Shown: one piece after another, positions 1 through 8,736 of the stretch
Layout of the letters: every line of letters starts with the position of its first letter
Position numbering within the stretch: the stretch's first letter is position 1
Source of the DNA: Patescibacteria group bacterium
GTDB lineage: Bacteria > Patescibacteriota > Minisyncoccia > Portnoybacterales > UBA2143
Assembly: GCA_018830295.1 (NCBI GenBank)
Contig: JAHJSM010000001.1
Location: forward strand, 1,980 to 65,979
Direction of reading: 5' to 3'
DNA length: 64,000 nucleotides
Program-made: the position numbers and the translations under genes
The notes under the pieces: model-generated
Seen by the model: the letters and a program-made list of their open reading frames with translations, nothing else
The model's database searches: none
What the model was told of the DNA's origin: nothing

Positions 1-275
1 TCTAATTTTTTAACATTAATTATTTTCAAATCGTAAGCCACCCTTAAATGAATTCTTAATCGTTCAATTCTCGTGTTTATTTCCGGAAAATAAATCCCCT
101 TATCCTCTTTGGAATTGGTTATAATAATCCAATCCAAAAGTTCGCTGGCTGTTTCTTTTAATTTTTGGCCTAAGGAATATTTATATTCTCTGGGAAAATT
201 ATGCGTCGCGCGATAAACTTCAAGGTTTAAATCATATCCCTTTTGAAAAATTGGCAAATGAATATAGCGCGACAT
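1..275 (-). CDS. Four-helix-bundle protein (family often encoded in 23S rRNA intervening sequences); 5' partial, runs off the window edge
   Basis: Reverse-complement translation from the ATG at 273-275 gives MSRYIHLPIFQKGYDLNLEVYRATHNFPREYKYSLGQKLKETASELLDWII..., matching the conserved N-terminal region of four-helix-bundle / rRNA-IVS proteins. Absent from the ORF track because it has no stop in the window. Confidence 0.55.
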   Translation of the reverse strand, partial: MSRYIHLPIFQKGYDLNLEVYRATHNFPREYKYSLGQKLKETASELLDWIIITNSKEDKGIYFPEINTRIERLRIHLRVAYDLKIINVKKL

Positions 276-285
276 ATCCCTCCCT

Positions 286-812
286 CCCCCACAAATCTAT
301 AAATCTACAACAAATCTACAAATTTCTGGGAGATAGAACTCTAAAAAATTTAACACCGTTTGATGTAAAATTAGCAAGTATTGCCAACTTCATATCTGTT
401 GCTTTTAAATATCCCTTGACTTGTTCTATATTTCTCTTTGAAAAGTAATTCCCTTTTTTGATTTCAAGTACTATTTTATCCTCAATAATAAAATCTAAAT
501 AATATCTGCCTATAACTTCATTTTTAACGGATATTTTATAAGGAGCTTGTCTTCTAAATTTTATCTTTTCCGCAATAAAATATTTTTCTATCGCTTTTTC
601 GTAATACTTTTCTTGATAGCCGTAACCTAATTCATTATAGACATCAAATAATACACCGACAATTTTATAGCTTAATCTTTTATAAATTACTTTGTTTGTG
701 TTTTGTCTTTCTTCTATCATTGTTCATATTATACATTTTTCCCATAAATCAACCAGCCCCCACAAATCTATAAATATTCAACATCCATCTTATTCGGTAT
801 TTGTAGATTTGT
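286..812. repeat. Inverted/direct repeat frame around the GxxExxY gene: 14-bp perfect inverted repeats (310-323 ACAAATCTACAAAT and 799-812 ATTTGTAGATTTGT) plus 19-bp direct repeats CCCCCACAAATCTATAAAT (286-304 and 757-775)
   Basis: Exact string matches read directly from the sequence. There is also a local tandem AAATCTA(C/T)A x3 at 292-320. Confidence 0.8.
316..720 (-). CDS. GxxExxY family protein (PD-(D/E)XK-like)
   Basis: 134-aa ORF carrying the motif ...NELGYGYQEKYYEKA... (G-x-x-E-x-x-Y). This family is commonly found beside four-helix-bundle proteins. Confidence 0.7.
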   Translation of the reverse strand: MIEERQNTNKVIYKRLSYKIVGVLFDVYNELGYGYQEKYYEKAIEKYFIAEKIKFRRQAPYKISVKNEVIGRYYLDFIIEDKIVLEIKKGNYFSKRNIEQVKGYLKATDMKLAILANFTSNGVKFFRVLSPRNL

Positions 813-894
813 GAGATGATTTGTTGATTTGCGGGAGATTAAGAAAATAATTAAATTAAGAGAATTATCAAATCATAAAATATTGCCAGGGGGG

Positions 895-2286
895 CTAACG
901 CACACAGCGCGAGTCATACTCATTAGTCTTAAGATTGGTGTCCGTGCTCCCGTGGCGCAAGTCCGTGTACCAAGCGCTGTGGGTACTGTAAGATTTAGTA
1001 GTAGCCGACCAAAAGTTGAAGTTAGCGTGAGGGAGATTCCCCCAGGAACCGTCAATATAGGCCTGCATTAACTCCTTTTGGTGCGGCAAACGCCAATTAC
1101 CGTCTCCTATGGCTTTGCAACCTGTAATATTCGGCGTGCTGGTCGCGGTGACGCATTGACAAGCGTCATCGCCATCGGCGGTACAAGTTCCCGGATTTGC
1201 CCAACTTCCTGGCGCCCAGCAATTATTCGCCCACCACCAATTATGATTGGTCCCGCTATCTAAATAATCAGACCAAATCTGACCCGTATTATTATCTTGA
1301 TAACAAACATCGCCCGTACATGCCGTAGAATCTCCTGTTTTGCAATAATTATTGGCCGCGGCGCATTGTGTCCAAGAAGCGGCAAAACTGTCAGTCGGTC
1401 TTGCGCCATTATCATTATAATCATCTACCCCGCCTAAGGCCTGCGTGTAAAAAGCGAAATCAGTCGCGGGACTAGTCGCCGAGCCGTTTTTTATATTCAC
1501 AACCGAAAACATACTTCTGTTATTCAAATATTCCAGCCGCTCTAAAATATTTCCATCTATATTGGCGGCTATTGTGGTTGAACTGTAGCCCGACTGAGCG
1601 AGCGCGTCTAAATAACCCGCCCGCGCGTCTGTCCAAGTGTTGGTTGTTAAAGCGGTTGAAGAAGGCGCTGTGTAATCATAATTGGTTTTAAACCAGCCAA
1701 AAAGCGTATCGGTGCTGGTGGCAACCGTGGAAGAGCCGAGATGATAAGCGATACTGCCGGCGAACGGAGTGGTTGAAGCGGTTGAACTTGAAATTAAAAA
1801 TCTCAAATCTGAATTAAGCAAATCTAAATAATTGGCTCTTGCGTCTGTCCAAGTATTGGTCGTTAAGGCGGTTGAAGAAGGAGCGGTGTAATTATAAGTT
1901 GTCTTGAACCAGCCAAAAAGCGTATCAGTGCTGGTGGCGGCGGTCATATCCATATTATCCACAATCAGTTTGCCAATGCTTCCGGCAGTAGTCAATTCCG
2001 AAGTCGCTTTGTCCCAGATATTGGCGGCCAAACTCGCTATCGCTTCGCTCATCGCCTCCAAACTATCCGTCGTTCGGTCAAAAGTGTCATTAATATCTTT
2101 CGCCGCCATTTCTAAAAGAGAATGCATTGTCCCCGCCGGACTCGCCGAGGGCTCTAAATCCCCTGCTCTAACAATCGTATAAACAGCCATTATGGAAATA
2201 ATAATCACAATCATTAAACTCCATAAACCTGGTTTATGGGCGAAGATAATCTTGCTCAAGCGCCCTTTTTTAAATTTTTTTGCCAT
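895..2286 (-). CDS. Membrane-anchored secreted protein with an internal ~70-aa tandem duplication and a Cys/Trp-rich C-terminal DUF1566-like (Lcl C-terminal-like) domain
   Basis: N-terminal KK-rich region followed by a TM helix (LWSLMIVIIISIMAVYTIV). A duplicated block (STDTLFGWFKT.Y.YTAPSSTALTTNTWTDARA.YLD) occurs twice. The C-terminal motif ...GNWRLPHQKELMQAY... fits DUF1566. Confidence 0.6.
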   Translation of the reverse strand: MAKKFKKGRLSKIIFAHKPGLWSLMIVIIISIMAVYTIVRAGDLEPSASPAGTMHSLLEMAAKDINDTFDRTTDSLEAMSEAIASLAANIWDKATSELTTAGSIGKLIVDNMDMTAATSTDTLFGWFKTTYNYTAPSSTALTTNTWTDARANYLDLLNSDLRFLISSSTASTTPFAGSIAYHLGSSTVATSTDTLFGWFKTNYDYTAPSSTALTTNTWTDARAGYLDALAQSGYSSTTIAANIDGNILERLEYLNNRSMFSVVNIKNGSATSPATDFAFYTQALGGVDDYNDNGARPTDSFAASWTQCAAANNYCKTGDSTACTGDVCYQDNNTGQIWSDYLDSGTNHNWWWANNCWAPGSWANPGTCTADGDDACQCVTATSTPNITGCKAIGDGNWRLPHQKELMQAYIDGSWGNLPHANFNFWSATTKSYSTHSAWYTDLRHGSTDTNLKTNEYDSRCVR

Positions 2287-2309
2287 AAATTTTTATCAAC
2301 AAAAAAACG

Positions 2310-2343
2310 GGCTTTTTGTTTTAAGAAAACAAAAAACCCGCTC
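2310..2343 (-). terminator. Rho-independent terminator candidate: 14-bp stem GGGCTTTTTGTTTT/AAAACAAAAAACCC, followed on the minus strand by a T-run
   Basis: Near-perfect inverted repeat. The minus-strand reading gives a hairpin followed by TTTTTTTGTTG. It lies downstream of the 2472-2873 gene. Confidence 0.5.
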
Positions 2344-2380
2344 CTCGCCAAAACTCATTATTTTTAACAAATAGCGAAAG

Positions 2381-2422
<42 letters not shown>

Positions 2423-2471
2423 TATTGCTCATATTTTATCCCTCTTGGAAGTTCGGATTCTAAGTAGGTTT

Positions 2472-2873
2472 TTAAACACTTAGTTTTAATTCTAATCTTT
2501 CAATTCTTCGTTTATGATTTTCTAATTTTTTATCTTGACGCTTATAAATTTTCATTCCTGATTTATTTTCGGTTTGTAAATCAGTAAGTTGTTTGCAAAT
2601 TTTATCTTGTCCGCTTAAAACTTTATCAAATTTTTCTTTGATTTGCTCATCAACTTTTTCAAATTTTTTGTCTATTTTGTCAAATCTTTCAGCAGCTACC
2701 TCAAATTGCCTATCTATGCCTTCAAATTTTTTGTCGTTTTTTCTAAACCCATAATCAACCGCCTCTAAAATAACCTTGCTTTGGCTCGCCAGCGCTTTAT
2801 CTAAGGTTTTTTCTAAAGTTTCTTCTAAATCTTTTTTGGTAACGAATTGATCGTCTTTATTTTTTCCTAACAT
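2472..2873 (-). CDS. Small coiled-coil protein, paralog 1 of a three-member family in this window
   Basis: Its C-terminal half (DKIDKKFEKVDEQIKEKFDKVLSGQDKICKQLTDLQTEN...LENHKRRIERLELK) aligns at about 50% identity with the 48354-48596 product and shares the GF.N.DKKF and LE.LELKL motifs with the 8323-8736 product. Confidence 0.55.
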   Translation of the reverse strand: MLGKNKDDQFVTKKDLEETLEKTLDKALASQSKVILEAVDYGFRKNDKKFEGIDRQFEVAAERFDKIDKKFEKVDEQIKEKFDKVLSGQDKICKQLTDLQTENKSGMKIYKRQDKKLENHKRRIERLELKLSV

Positions 2874-3069
2874 TTTTTTTATTTTCTTTAATTTTTAAAT
2901 ACTTTCTAATATATTTTAACATTTTTTCAGAACATTTGCCACATAAAGCAAAAGACAGCCATTCTCCTCTTCCATTTATTCGACAATCAATCCACTTGGA
3001 TTTCTCGGATATAGAAGAATGTTTTTCTTTTTTTGTTTTATTGCAAATATCGCACTTTGTAATTTCCAT
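2857..3069 (-). CDS. Small zinc-ribbon-like protein (CxxC...CxxC)
   Basis: 70-aa ORF with the pairs CDIC ... CGKC. It overlaps the upstream gene by 17 nt. No recognisable family. Confidence 0.4.
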   Translation of the reverse strand: MEITKCDICNKTKKEKHSSISEKSKWIDCRINGRGEWLSFALCGKCSEKMLKYIRKYLKIKENKKNVRKK

Positions 3070-3123
3070 ACTGGCATCTTACCACAAAACGCCCAAAACA
3101 ACAAAACAAGGTTGTGGATAAAA

Positions 3124-3303
3124 TTATTCTTCAACCTCAATCGCCTGGACCGGACAGACATCAACCGCCTCCTGGGCGCATTTCAAATCGCCGCCATCCT
3201 TAAGAACCGCTTTATTATCGCTGTCCATCTCAAAACAGTCCGAACAAACAGCGACGCAACTGCCGCACCCGATGCACTTATCTTTGTCTATTTTTATTTT
3301 CAT
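3124..3303 (-). CDS. Ferredoxin, small single [4Fe-4S]-type, 59 aa
   Basis: Manual translation gives MKIKIDKDKCIGCGSCVAVCSDCFEMDSDNKAVLKDGGDLKCAQEAVDVCPVQAIEVEE, with a CxxCxxC...C pattern. It starts 2 nt after the fba stop and was missed by the ORF track because it is under 60 aa. Confidence 0.6.
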   Translation of the reverse strand: MKIKIDKDKCIGCGSCVAVCSDCFEMDSDNKAVLKDGGDLKCAQEAVDVCPVQAIEVEE

Positions 3304-3305
3304 AT

Positions 3306-4157
3306 TTATAATTTAAATAATTTTATTTTCTCTTCAACGACCTTTTGGACCGCCTCAACAACAGGCGCCATAATATTATGCGGTTTTGTCTCGTCTGGAT
3401 TTTTTTGGAGAAATTTTCTTAACGACCCCGCGTAAGCCATTCTTAATTCTGTATTAATATTAATCTTAACGATTCCTAATTCAATCGCTTTTTTAATATC
3501 CTCTTCTGGAGTGCCCGAACCGCCATGCAGGCATAAAAACGCTTTTTCGCCTAAAATATCGCTAATTTCCTTTAATCGCTCAAGAAAAAGATGCGGATTT
3601 TTTAAGTTTTCATTTTTAACAATCCCGTGAATGTTCCCAATAGCAATCGCCAAAGTGTCAATTCCCGTCTCTTGAACAAACCTCAACGCCTCCTCGGGAA
3701 CAGTCAAATCCTCCTCTTTTATTTCCACCGCCTCATGCAATTCCGAACCGCCCCTTAAATATCCCATCTCGCCTTCAACATTCAAAACGCCATTGTTTTT
3801 GGCAAACTCAACAACTCTTTTCGTTATTTCCGCGTTCTCCTTAAAACTCAACGCCGAACCGTCAAAATGAACTGAATCGTATCCGTCTTGAATCGCTTCT
3901 TCAACAATCTCAAACGATTTTCCATGGTCTAAATGCAAAACAATCGGCAGACCTGTTTCTTCCCGCCAAGCATCAATCGCCGCCTTGATTTGTTTGCCGC
4001 CAATAAACTTTTTTTCGCTTTCAGAGGTGGAGATAATAACGGGGCTTTTTAATTTTCGCGCCGCTTGAACAATCGCCCTAACCCCTTCTAAACCTGACGC
4101 GTTAAAAGCGCCAATCGCGTTCTTATTTTGTCTTGCTTCTTTAAATATGTTTAACAT
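3306..4157 (-). CDS. fba: Class II fructose-bisphosphate aldolase
   Basis: HLDHG, GNIHG and LHGGSG motifs; 283 aa. Confidence 0.9.
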   Translation of the reverse strand: MLNIFKEARQNKNAIGAFNASGLEGVRAIVQAARKLKSPVIISTSESEKKFIGGKQIKAAIDAWREETGLPIVLHLDHGKSFEIVEEAIQDGYDSVHFDGSALSFKENAEITKRVVEFAKNNGVLNVEGEMGYLRGGSELHEAVEIKEEDLTVPEEALRFVQETGIDTLAIAIGNIHGIVKNENLKNPHLFLERLKEISDILGEKAFLCLHGGSGTPEEDIKKAIELGIVKININTELRMAYAGSLRKFLQKNPDETKPHNIMAPVVEAVQKVVEEKIKLFKL

Positions 4158-4161
4158 AGTT

Positions 4162-5433
4162 TTATAAACTAATATATCCCTTATCTAAATTCTCCATCGT
4201 TAATTTATTAATCGTCTTCTCGCCCATATATTCGGAAAAAACCTTATTCCAAAGCGCTTCTTTTTGATGGTAAAGATGTCTGGAATTAAAATCCGCCTTC
4301 CTTAAAAAAGAAATTCCATTATCAAACAAATCAAAACTAATTAACTCCCCCTTCGCGGATTTGCCAGATGGAAAATATTGGGCGACCATATCTAACCCCT
4401 GCCAAAACCCAAGTTCCAAATCGTTAAACCGCTGAGCAAACTTCTCAATTGTCGCCGCCGCTTGGGTGTAATGTAATGACTCTGGATTGATGTGGGGCTC
4501 GGCCAACAAAGGGTCTTCTGGATTTTTCTTGCCTAAATATTTCGGAATAATCCGCCAATTAATTTCGTCCTTGCCTGATGGGGGCATCTCCCCGACTCCC
4601 ACTTTGAGCGCGCCAACTAATTTACGAGCGAAATCCGATTTCTGGCTATATATCTCAAAAAGACGCGAATGCCAATTTACTTCATAAATGTAATGAAGAA
4701 TCATAAAAAATAGATAAAGCATTTCATTCGGACCGCTCGCGCCAGTCGGGATAATAAAAACCATCCCCGCTTCTTTAAGATGGCTCATGTGGTGGAGTTT
4801 GTTGCCAAAAAAATTTTTGCCAAGCCCTGTCCACCTTTCCGGCAAAACCATAACTTTTATTTCTCTCTTTTCAAAATCATCTTTTTTGAGTTCGCTATAT
4901 GGTTTAAAAAAAACATTGTTCAGCCATTCCCCGTCCTCCGCGAACCTCAAAGCGGAAAAAATTTCAAAGCAATCCTCTTTTTCAATCATTTTATCAATGT
5001 CGCTGCCATAGCCCAAACTATTCATAATTTGCTTAGGAGGATTTAGTTTAAGCAGTTCTTCGGCTTTTTCTTTTTTAAGGTAAAATCCATTTAAATTGCC
5101 CGTTAATTCGCCGGTAGCGTGAATTAAACTGCGACAACCAGCTGCTGTCATGAGGTCTGGCTTTTGAAAATGTTCAAAAAGAGATTGATTTGTTTTTTTT
5201 GTTTTCTTTATAAGCGCCTGATAAACCTCTTCCGCTTGAATATCAAAAAAATTCTCATCCGCTCCAAACCCTAAGCCAACCAATGATTGCCTAACTTTAT
5301 GCTCGTTCTCGCGAACAATACTTTCTATAACCCCCTCTTTCCCGCTCGCCCGCCCCATTACCTTCTCCAAATCCAAAACAACCTTCTCGGATGTCCCCAA
5401 TAACTTCGCTAATTGTAAAACTTCCGTCCGCAT
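4162..5433 (-). CDS. Conserved hypothetical protein (423 aa) embedded in the sugar-phosphate operon
   Basis: Long intact ORF tightly packed between the PfkB kinase and fba genes. No family recognised by eye. Confidence 0.6.
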   Translation of the reverse strand: MRTEVLQLAKLLGTSEKVVLDLEKVMGRASGKEGVIESIVRENEHKVRQSLVGLGFGADENFFDIQAEEVYQALIKKTKKTNQSLFEHFQKPDLMTAAGCRSLIHATGELTGNLNGFYLKKEKAEELLKLNPPKQIMNSLGYGSDIDKMIEKEDCFEIFSALRFAEDGEWLNNVFFKPYSELKKDDFEKREIKVMVLPERWTGLGKNFFGNKLHHMSHLKEAGMVFIIPTGASGPNEMLYLFFMILHYIYEVNWHSRLFEIYSQKSDFARKLVGALKVGVGEMPPSGKDEINWRIIPKYLGKKNPEDPLLAEPHINPESLHYTQAAATIEKFAQRFNDLELGFWQGLDMVAQYFPSGKSAKGELISFDLFDNGISFLRKADFNSRHLYHQKEALWNKVFSEYMGEKTINKLTMENLDKGYISL

Positions 5434-5445
5434 AAAATTAATATT

Positions 5446-6435
5446 TTAATGTATTACAACTTTGACTTTTTCCCACTCTCCCCATTCGCCCCTTTTTAAG
5501 AGGCCGTTGGTGGCGCCCATTTTTTGGACGACTGATGTGGCGTTGGCAGTCGCTAATTGGATGGCGTAAGAAATATCTTCTTTTTCAATCCAGCCCGCGA
5601 CAAAAGCAGCGCTAAAAGCGTCTCCTGCGCCGGTGCGGTCAACTAATCCCGATTTTGGAATACCGGCTGAATATATTTTTTTGCCGTCCGAGACAACCAC
5701 TCCCTCGGGGCCTTTTGTCATAACCGCAATTCCTTTAACTAATTTATCTAATTTCTTAAAAATTTCTTCTTCATTCTTAAAATCAACTTGAGTTAAAAGA
5801 GAGGCCTCTTCTTGATTAACTATTAAAATATCAACTTTATCAAGCAAAGCGCGCGTTTTCTCCAACCCTTCGCCTAACTGGCTTTCGCCAACCGGACTTG
5901 CGGCTATTTTAATCTTGTTTTCCACGGCAAAATCAAACAAGGCGCCAAGCGATTTATACGCCTCGCCCGATAAAGAACCAGCGTAAATCCATTTTGTTTT
6001 AATTTTTTCAAACGGAATATCTTGTTCGGTCATTTCATGGCAAGCCCCTAATTTTTTTAAAATACTTCGCTCGGTTTCAGGCAAAGAGAGAATAACCGAA
6101 AAAGCGGTTGGATATTTATCTGTTTCAATTAATAAATCGGTTGAAACGCCTTGAGCCGCGAGTTCATCCTTAATCATTTGCCCAGGATAATCCTTGCCAA
6201 CCAAACCCAAATAAGCCGTTTTTAATCCCTGCCTGGCGAATGTCACAGCCGCGTTTGTCCCGCATCCCCCCATGGCGAAATGAACGCTATCAACTTTCAT
6301 TTTTGAACCCAAGGGAACGCAAAGCCCTTTTTTGGTAATGAATTTTTCGCTTTCAATCACTTTTAAATTCTTGCTACTCATAAAAATATCTTGAGTAGCC
6401 GAACCAAGAGTTATAATGTCGTATTCCATAAGCAA
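5446..6435 (-). CDS. PfkB-family carbohydrate kinase (ribokinase/fructokinase-like)
   Basis: C-terminal DRTGAGDAF signature of the PfkB family; 329 aa. Confidence 0.85.
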   Translation of the reverse strand: MLMEYDIITLGSATQDIFMSSKNLKVIESEKFITKKGLCVPLGSKMKVDSVHFAMGGCGTNAAVTFARQGLKTAYLGLVGKDYPGQMIKDELAAQGVSTDLLIETDKYPTAFSVILSLPETERSILKKLGACHEMTEQDIPFEKIKTKWIYAGSLSGEAYKSLGALFDFAVENKIKIAASPVGESQLGEGLEKTRALLDKVDILIVNQEEASLLTQVDFKNEEEIFKKLDKLVKGIAVMTKGPEGVVVSDGKKIYSAGIPKSGLVDRTGAGDAFSAAFVAGWIEKEDISYAIQLATANATSVVQKMGATNGLLKRGEWGEWEKVKVVIH

Positions 6436-6438
6436 AAT

Positions 6439-7410
6439 TTATTTTCTTTTCAAAACCCTCATGACCGCTTTTTGAATGTGTTTTGCGGTTAATCCGAATT
6501 TATCCATTAATTCGTCAGTTGTTCCCGACTCGCCCCAGCGATCTTGAACGCCAATCATTTCCACGGGAACCGGACATTCTCTCGCCAAAACCTCGCAAAC
6601 GGCGCTCCCCATTCCACCCTGAACTTGATGGTCTTCCGCTGTGACGATCGCGCCTGTTCTTTCAGCCGCCTCAATAATCGTTTCTTCGTCAATCGGCTTG
6701 ATAGTGTGATTATTGATTACACCTATGGAAAGACCTTTTTCTTCTAAATTATGAGCCGCCAAAAGCGCTTCGTGAACAGTCGGGCCGCAAGCGATAATTG
6801 TCGCGTCAGCGCCCTTGCGGAAAACATTCGCTTTTCCAATTTTAAAAGGTGTTTCTTTTGTGGTAAAAATCGGTGTCGCTTCTCGCGCGAACCTCAAATA
6901 GACCGGTCCGTTCATTTCCCCCGCCGCGATTGTCGCTTTTTTCGTCTCAATCATATCACAAGGAGCCAAAACAGTCATATTAGGCAAACAGCGAGTAATG
7001 GCGATATCTTCCAGTCCTTGATGAGTAGCGCCATCCGCTCCGACGGAAATCCCCGCATGCGCGCCAGTTAATTTAACATTCGCCTTGTTATAGGCGACGC
7101 TAATTCGTATCTGGTCCCAGTTCCGCCCCGGACAAAAAACCGAATAAGTTGAAGCAAAAGGAACCTTCCCCGCCAAAGCCAATCCAACCGCCACGCCCGC
7201 CATATTCTGCTCGGCAATCCCGCATTGAATAAACCTGTCCGGATATTTATCCCTAAACCAATCAACCCTCGTTGAGGCGGTTAAATCAGCGCCCAAAGCG
7301 ACCACATTCTCGTTTTTATCCCCAAGTTCAACCAACCCCTCGCCGAACCCGTCGCGAGTCGGCTTTTGTTCTAACTTTTCTTTTTGATAAACATTTTTGT
7401 CTAAGTTCAT
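6439..7410 (-). CDS. Transketolase, C-terminal (pyrimidine-binding) subunit. The ORF-track start at 7461 is an artefact of the upstream palindromic repeat; the likely start is M18 (MNLDKN...)
   Basis: Pyrimidine-binding and C-terminal domain motifs (GIAEQNM, GPTHQG-like GATHQG). The first 17 codons of the tracked ORF (MGAAPATGAAP...) are the translated repeat. Confidence 0.85.
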   Translation of the reverse strand: MNLDKNVYQKEKLEQKPTRDGFGEGLVELGDKNENVVALGADLTASTRVDWFRDKYPDRFIQCGIAEQNMAGVAVGLALAGKVPFASTYSVFCPGRNWDQIRISVAYNKANVKLTGAHAGISVGADGATHQGLEDIAITRCLPNMTVLAPCDMIETKKATIAAGEMNGPVYLRFAREATPIFTTKETPFKIGKANVFRKGADATIIACGPTVHEALLAAHNLEEKGLSIGVINNHTIKPIDEETIIEAAERTGAIVTAEDHQVQGGMGSAVCEVLARECPVPVEMIGVQDRWGESGTTDELMDKFGLTAKHIQKAVMRVLKRK

Positions 7411-7428
7411 AATATTATTGGTTAAATT

Positions 7429-7459
7429 GGGGGCTGCCCCCGTTGCGGGGGCAGCCCCC
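7429..7459. repeat. Family-A GC-rich perfect palindrome GGGGGCTGCCCCC-GTTGC-GGGGGCAGCCCCC
   Basis: Read directly; 13-bp arms. It lies in the spacer between the two transketolase subunit genes. Confidence 0.95.
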
Positions 7460-7467
7460 AAACTTAC

Positions 7468-8316
7468 TTAATCATTTTCACTTTTAATCTTTCCGCCTAA
7501 AGTCCTTAAACAAGCAAGCGCTTTCTTTGCTTCTTCAGGGCAAGGCGTTTTGCCGTGCCATGAATATTCCCATTCTATAAAATCAACTCCCTTGCCCGGA
7601 ATCGTATGGGCAATAATCAAAGTTGGTTTCTCAAAAATCGCTTTTGATTTATTGCAAGCGTCAATAATTTCCCTAATATTATGCCCGTCAACATCCAAAA
7701 CATGCCACCCAAACGCCTCGTATTTTTCTTTGAGCGGCTCTATTGGCATAACATCTTCTGTATAACCGTCAATTTGAATATTATTCCTATCCATAATTTG
7801 CGTCAGATTAAAAAGACGATACTTGCCCGCAAACATAACCGCTTCCCAAACCTGACCCTCATTATGTTCGCCGTCGCTCCCTAAACACCAAACCCAATTA
7901 TCTTTTTTATCAATCTTGCTAAACGAATAAGCCATTCCGCAAGCGATTGACAACCCCTGCCCCAAAGAACCGCCCGAGGTCTCAAGCCCCGGCAATTCCA
8001 ATCGGTTAGGATGTCCTTGCAAACGGCTGCCTAATTTTCGCAGTGTCTTTAATTCGCTCACGGGAAAATATCCCGCGCGCGCCATCGCCGCGTACATGAC
8101 TGGACAAATATGAGCGTTAGAAAGAATGAGGCGGTCTCTTTCTTCCCAGTCGGGTTTTTTGGGATTATGCTTCATTACCCCGCCTAAATAAAGAGCGGTA
8201 AAAACATCCGCCATCCCAAGCGACCCCGCCGAATGCCCCGACTTTGCTTCGGTCAGCATTTTAATAATATCCTCCCTAATCTCATTCGCCTTTTTGTCTA
8301 ATTCTTGTGTGTCCAT
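7468..8316 (-). CDS. Transketolase, N-terminal (thiamine diphosphate-binding) subunit
   Basis: GHSAGSLG and GSDGE...NEG motifs; 282 aa. Forms a split transketolase with the 6439-7410 product. Confidence 0.85.
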   Translation of the reverse strand: MDTQELDKKANEIREDIIKMLTEAKSGHSAGSLGMADVFTALYLGGVMKHNPKKPDWEERDRLILSNAHICPVMYAAMARAGYFPVSELKTLRKLGSRLQGHPNRLELPGLETSGGSLGQGLSIACGMAYSFSKIDKKDNWVWCLGSDGEHNEGQVWEAVMFAGKYRLFNLTQIMDRNNIQIDGYTEDVMPIEPLKEKYEAFGWHVLDVDGHNIREIIDACNKSKAIFEKPTLIIAHTIPGKGVDFIEWEYSWHGKTPCPEEAKKALACLRTLGGKIKSEND

Positions 8317-8322
8317 ATTTTT

Positions 8323-8736
8323 TTATGTTAATTTTAATTCTAATTTTTCAACTCTATTTTCTAAATTAAGCAATTGTTTTTTGTCATTTTTTTGATTAAG
8401 TTTAATTTCTCTTATGTCAGCTTTAATGTCCGCAAATTCCTGACTGTGTTTTCTTATAATTTTGCCGTGCTTTGTTAAAATATCTTCTATCGCTAAAACC
8501 CTTCGTTCTATGCTATTTAATTTAGTTTTTATATCTGATATATCTTCCTTCATTTTATCAAATTTCTCGTCCATCTTATTGAATTTTTTATCAACATTAT
8601 CAAATCCATTTTTAGTTATCATAGCCAAATTCTCAATCTCTTTTTTAAGATTTTTGTCAACATTTTCAAAACCTTGTTTGACTATAGAAGCCAAATTCTC
8701 AATTGTCATTTTTTTCTTTTCTTTTATAAATGGCAT
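8323..8736 (-). CDS. Small coiled-coil protein, paralog 2
   Basis: Repeated GF.NVDKK blocks and a C-terminal LENRVEKLELKLT, comparable to IERLELKLSV at the end of the 2472-2873 product. Confidence 0.5.
   Translation of the reverse strand: MPFIKEKKKMTIENLASIVKQGFENVDKNLKKEIENLAMITKNGFDNVDKKFNKMDEKFDKMKEDISDIKTKLNSIERRVLAIEDILTKHGKIIRKHSQEFADIKADIREIKLNQKNDKKQLLNLENRVEKLELKLT

Noticed and set aside
251-448. Plus-strand 65-aa ORF
   Set aside because: Overlaps the well-supported GxxExxY gene on the opposite strand and spans the repeat region; no family signal.
1-900. Possibility that the four-helix-bundle/GxxExxY region is a 23S rRNA intervening sequence
   Set aside because: The flanking sequence is protein-coding (DUF1566 gene C-terminus) or AT-rich spacer, with no rRNA-like conserved segments visible. 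These families also occur as stand-alone genes.
3019-3435. Plus-strand 138-aa ORF
   Set aside because: Antisense to the ferredoxin gene and the fba 3' end; low-complexity, F-rich translation typical of a shadow ORF.
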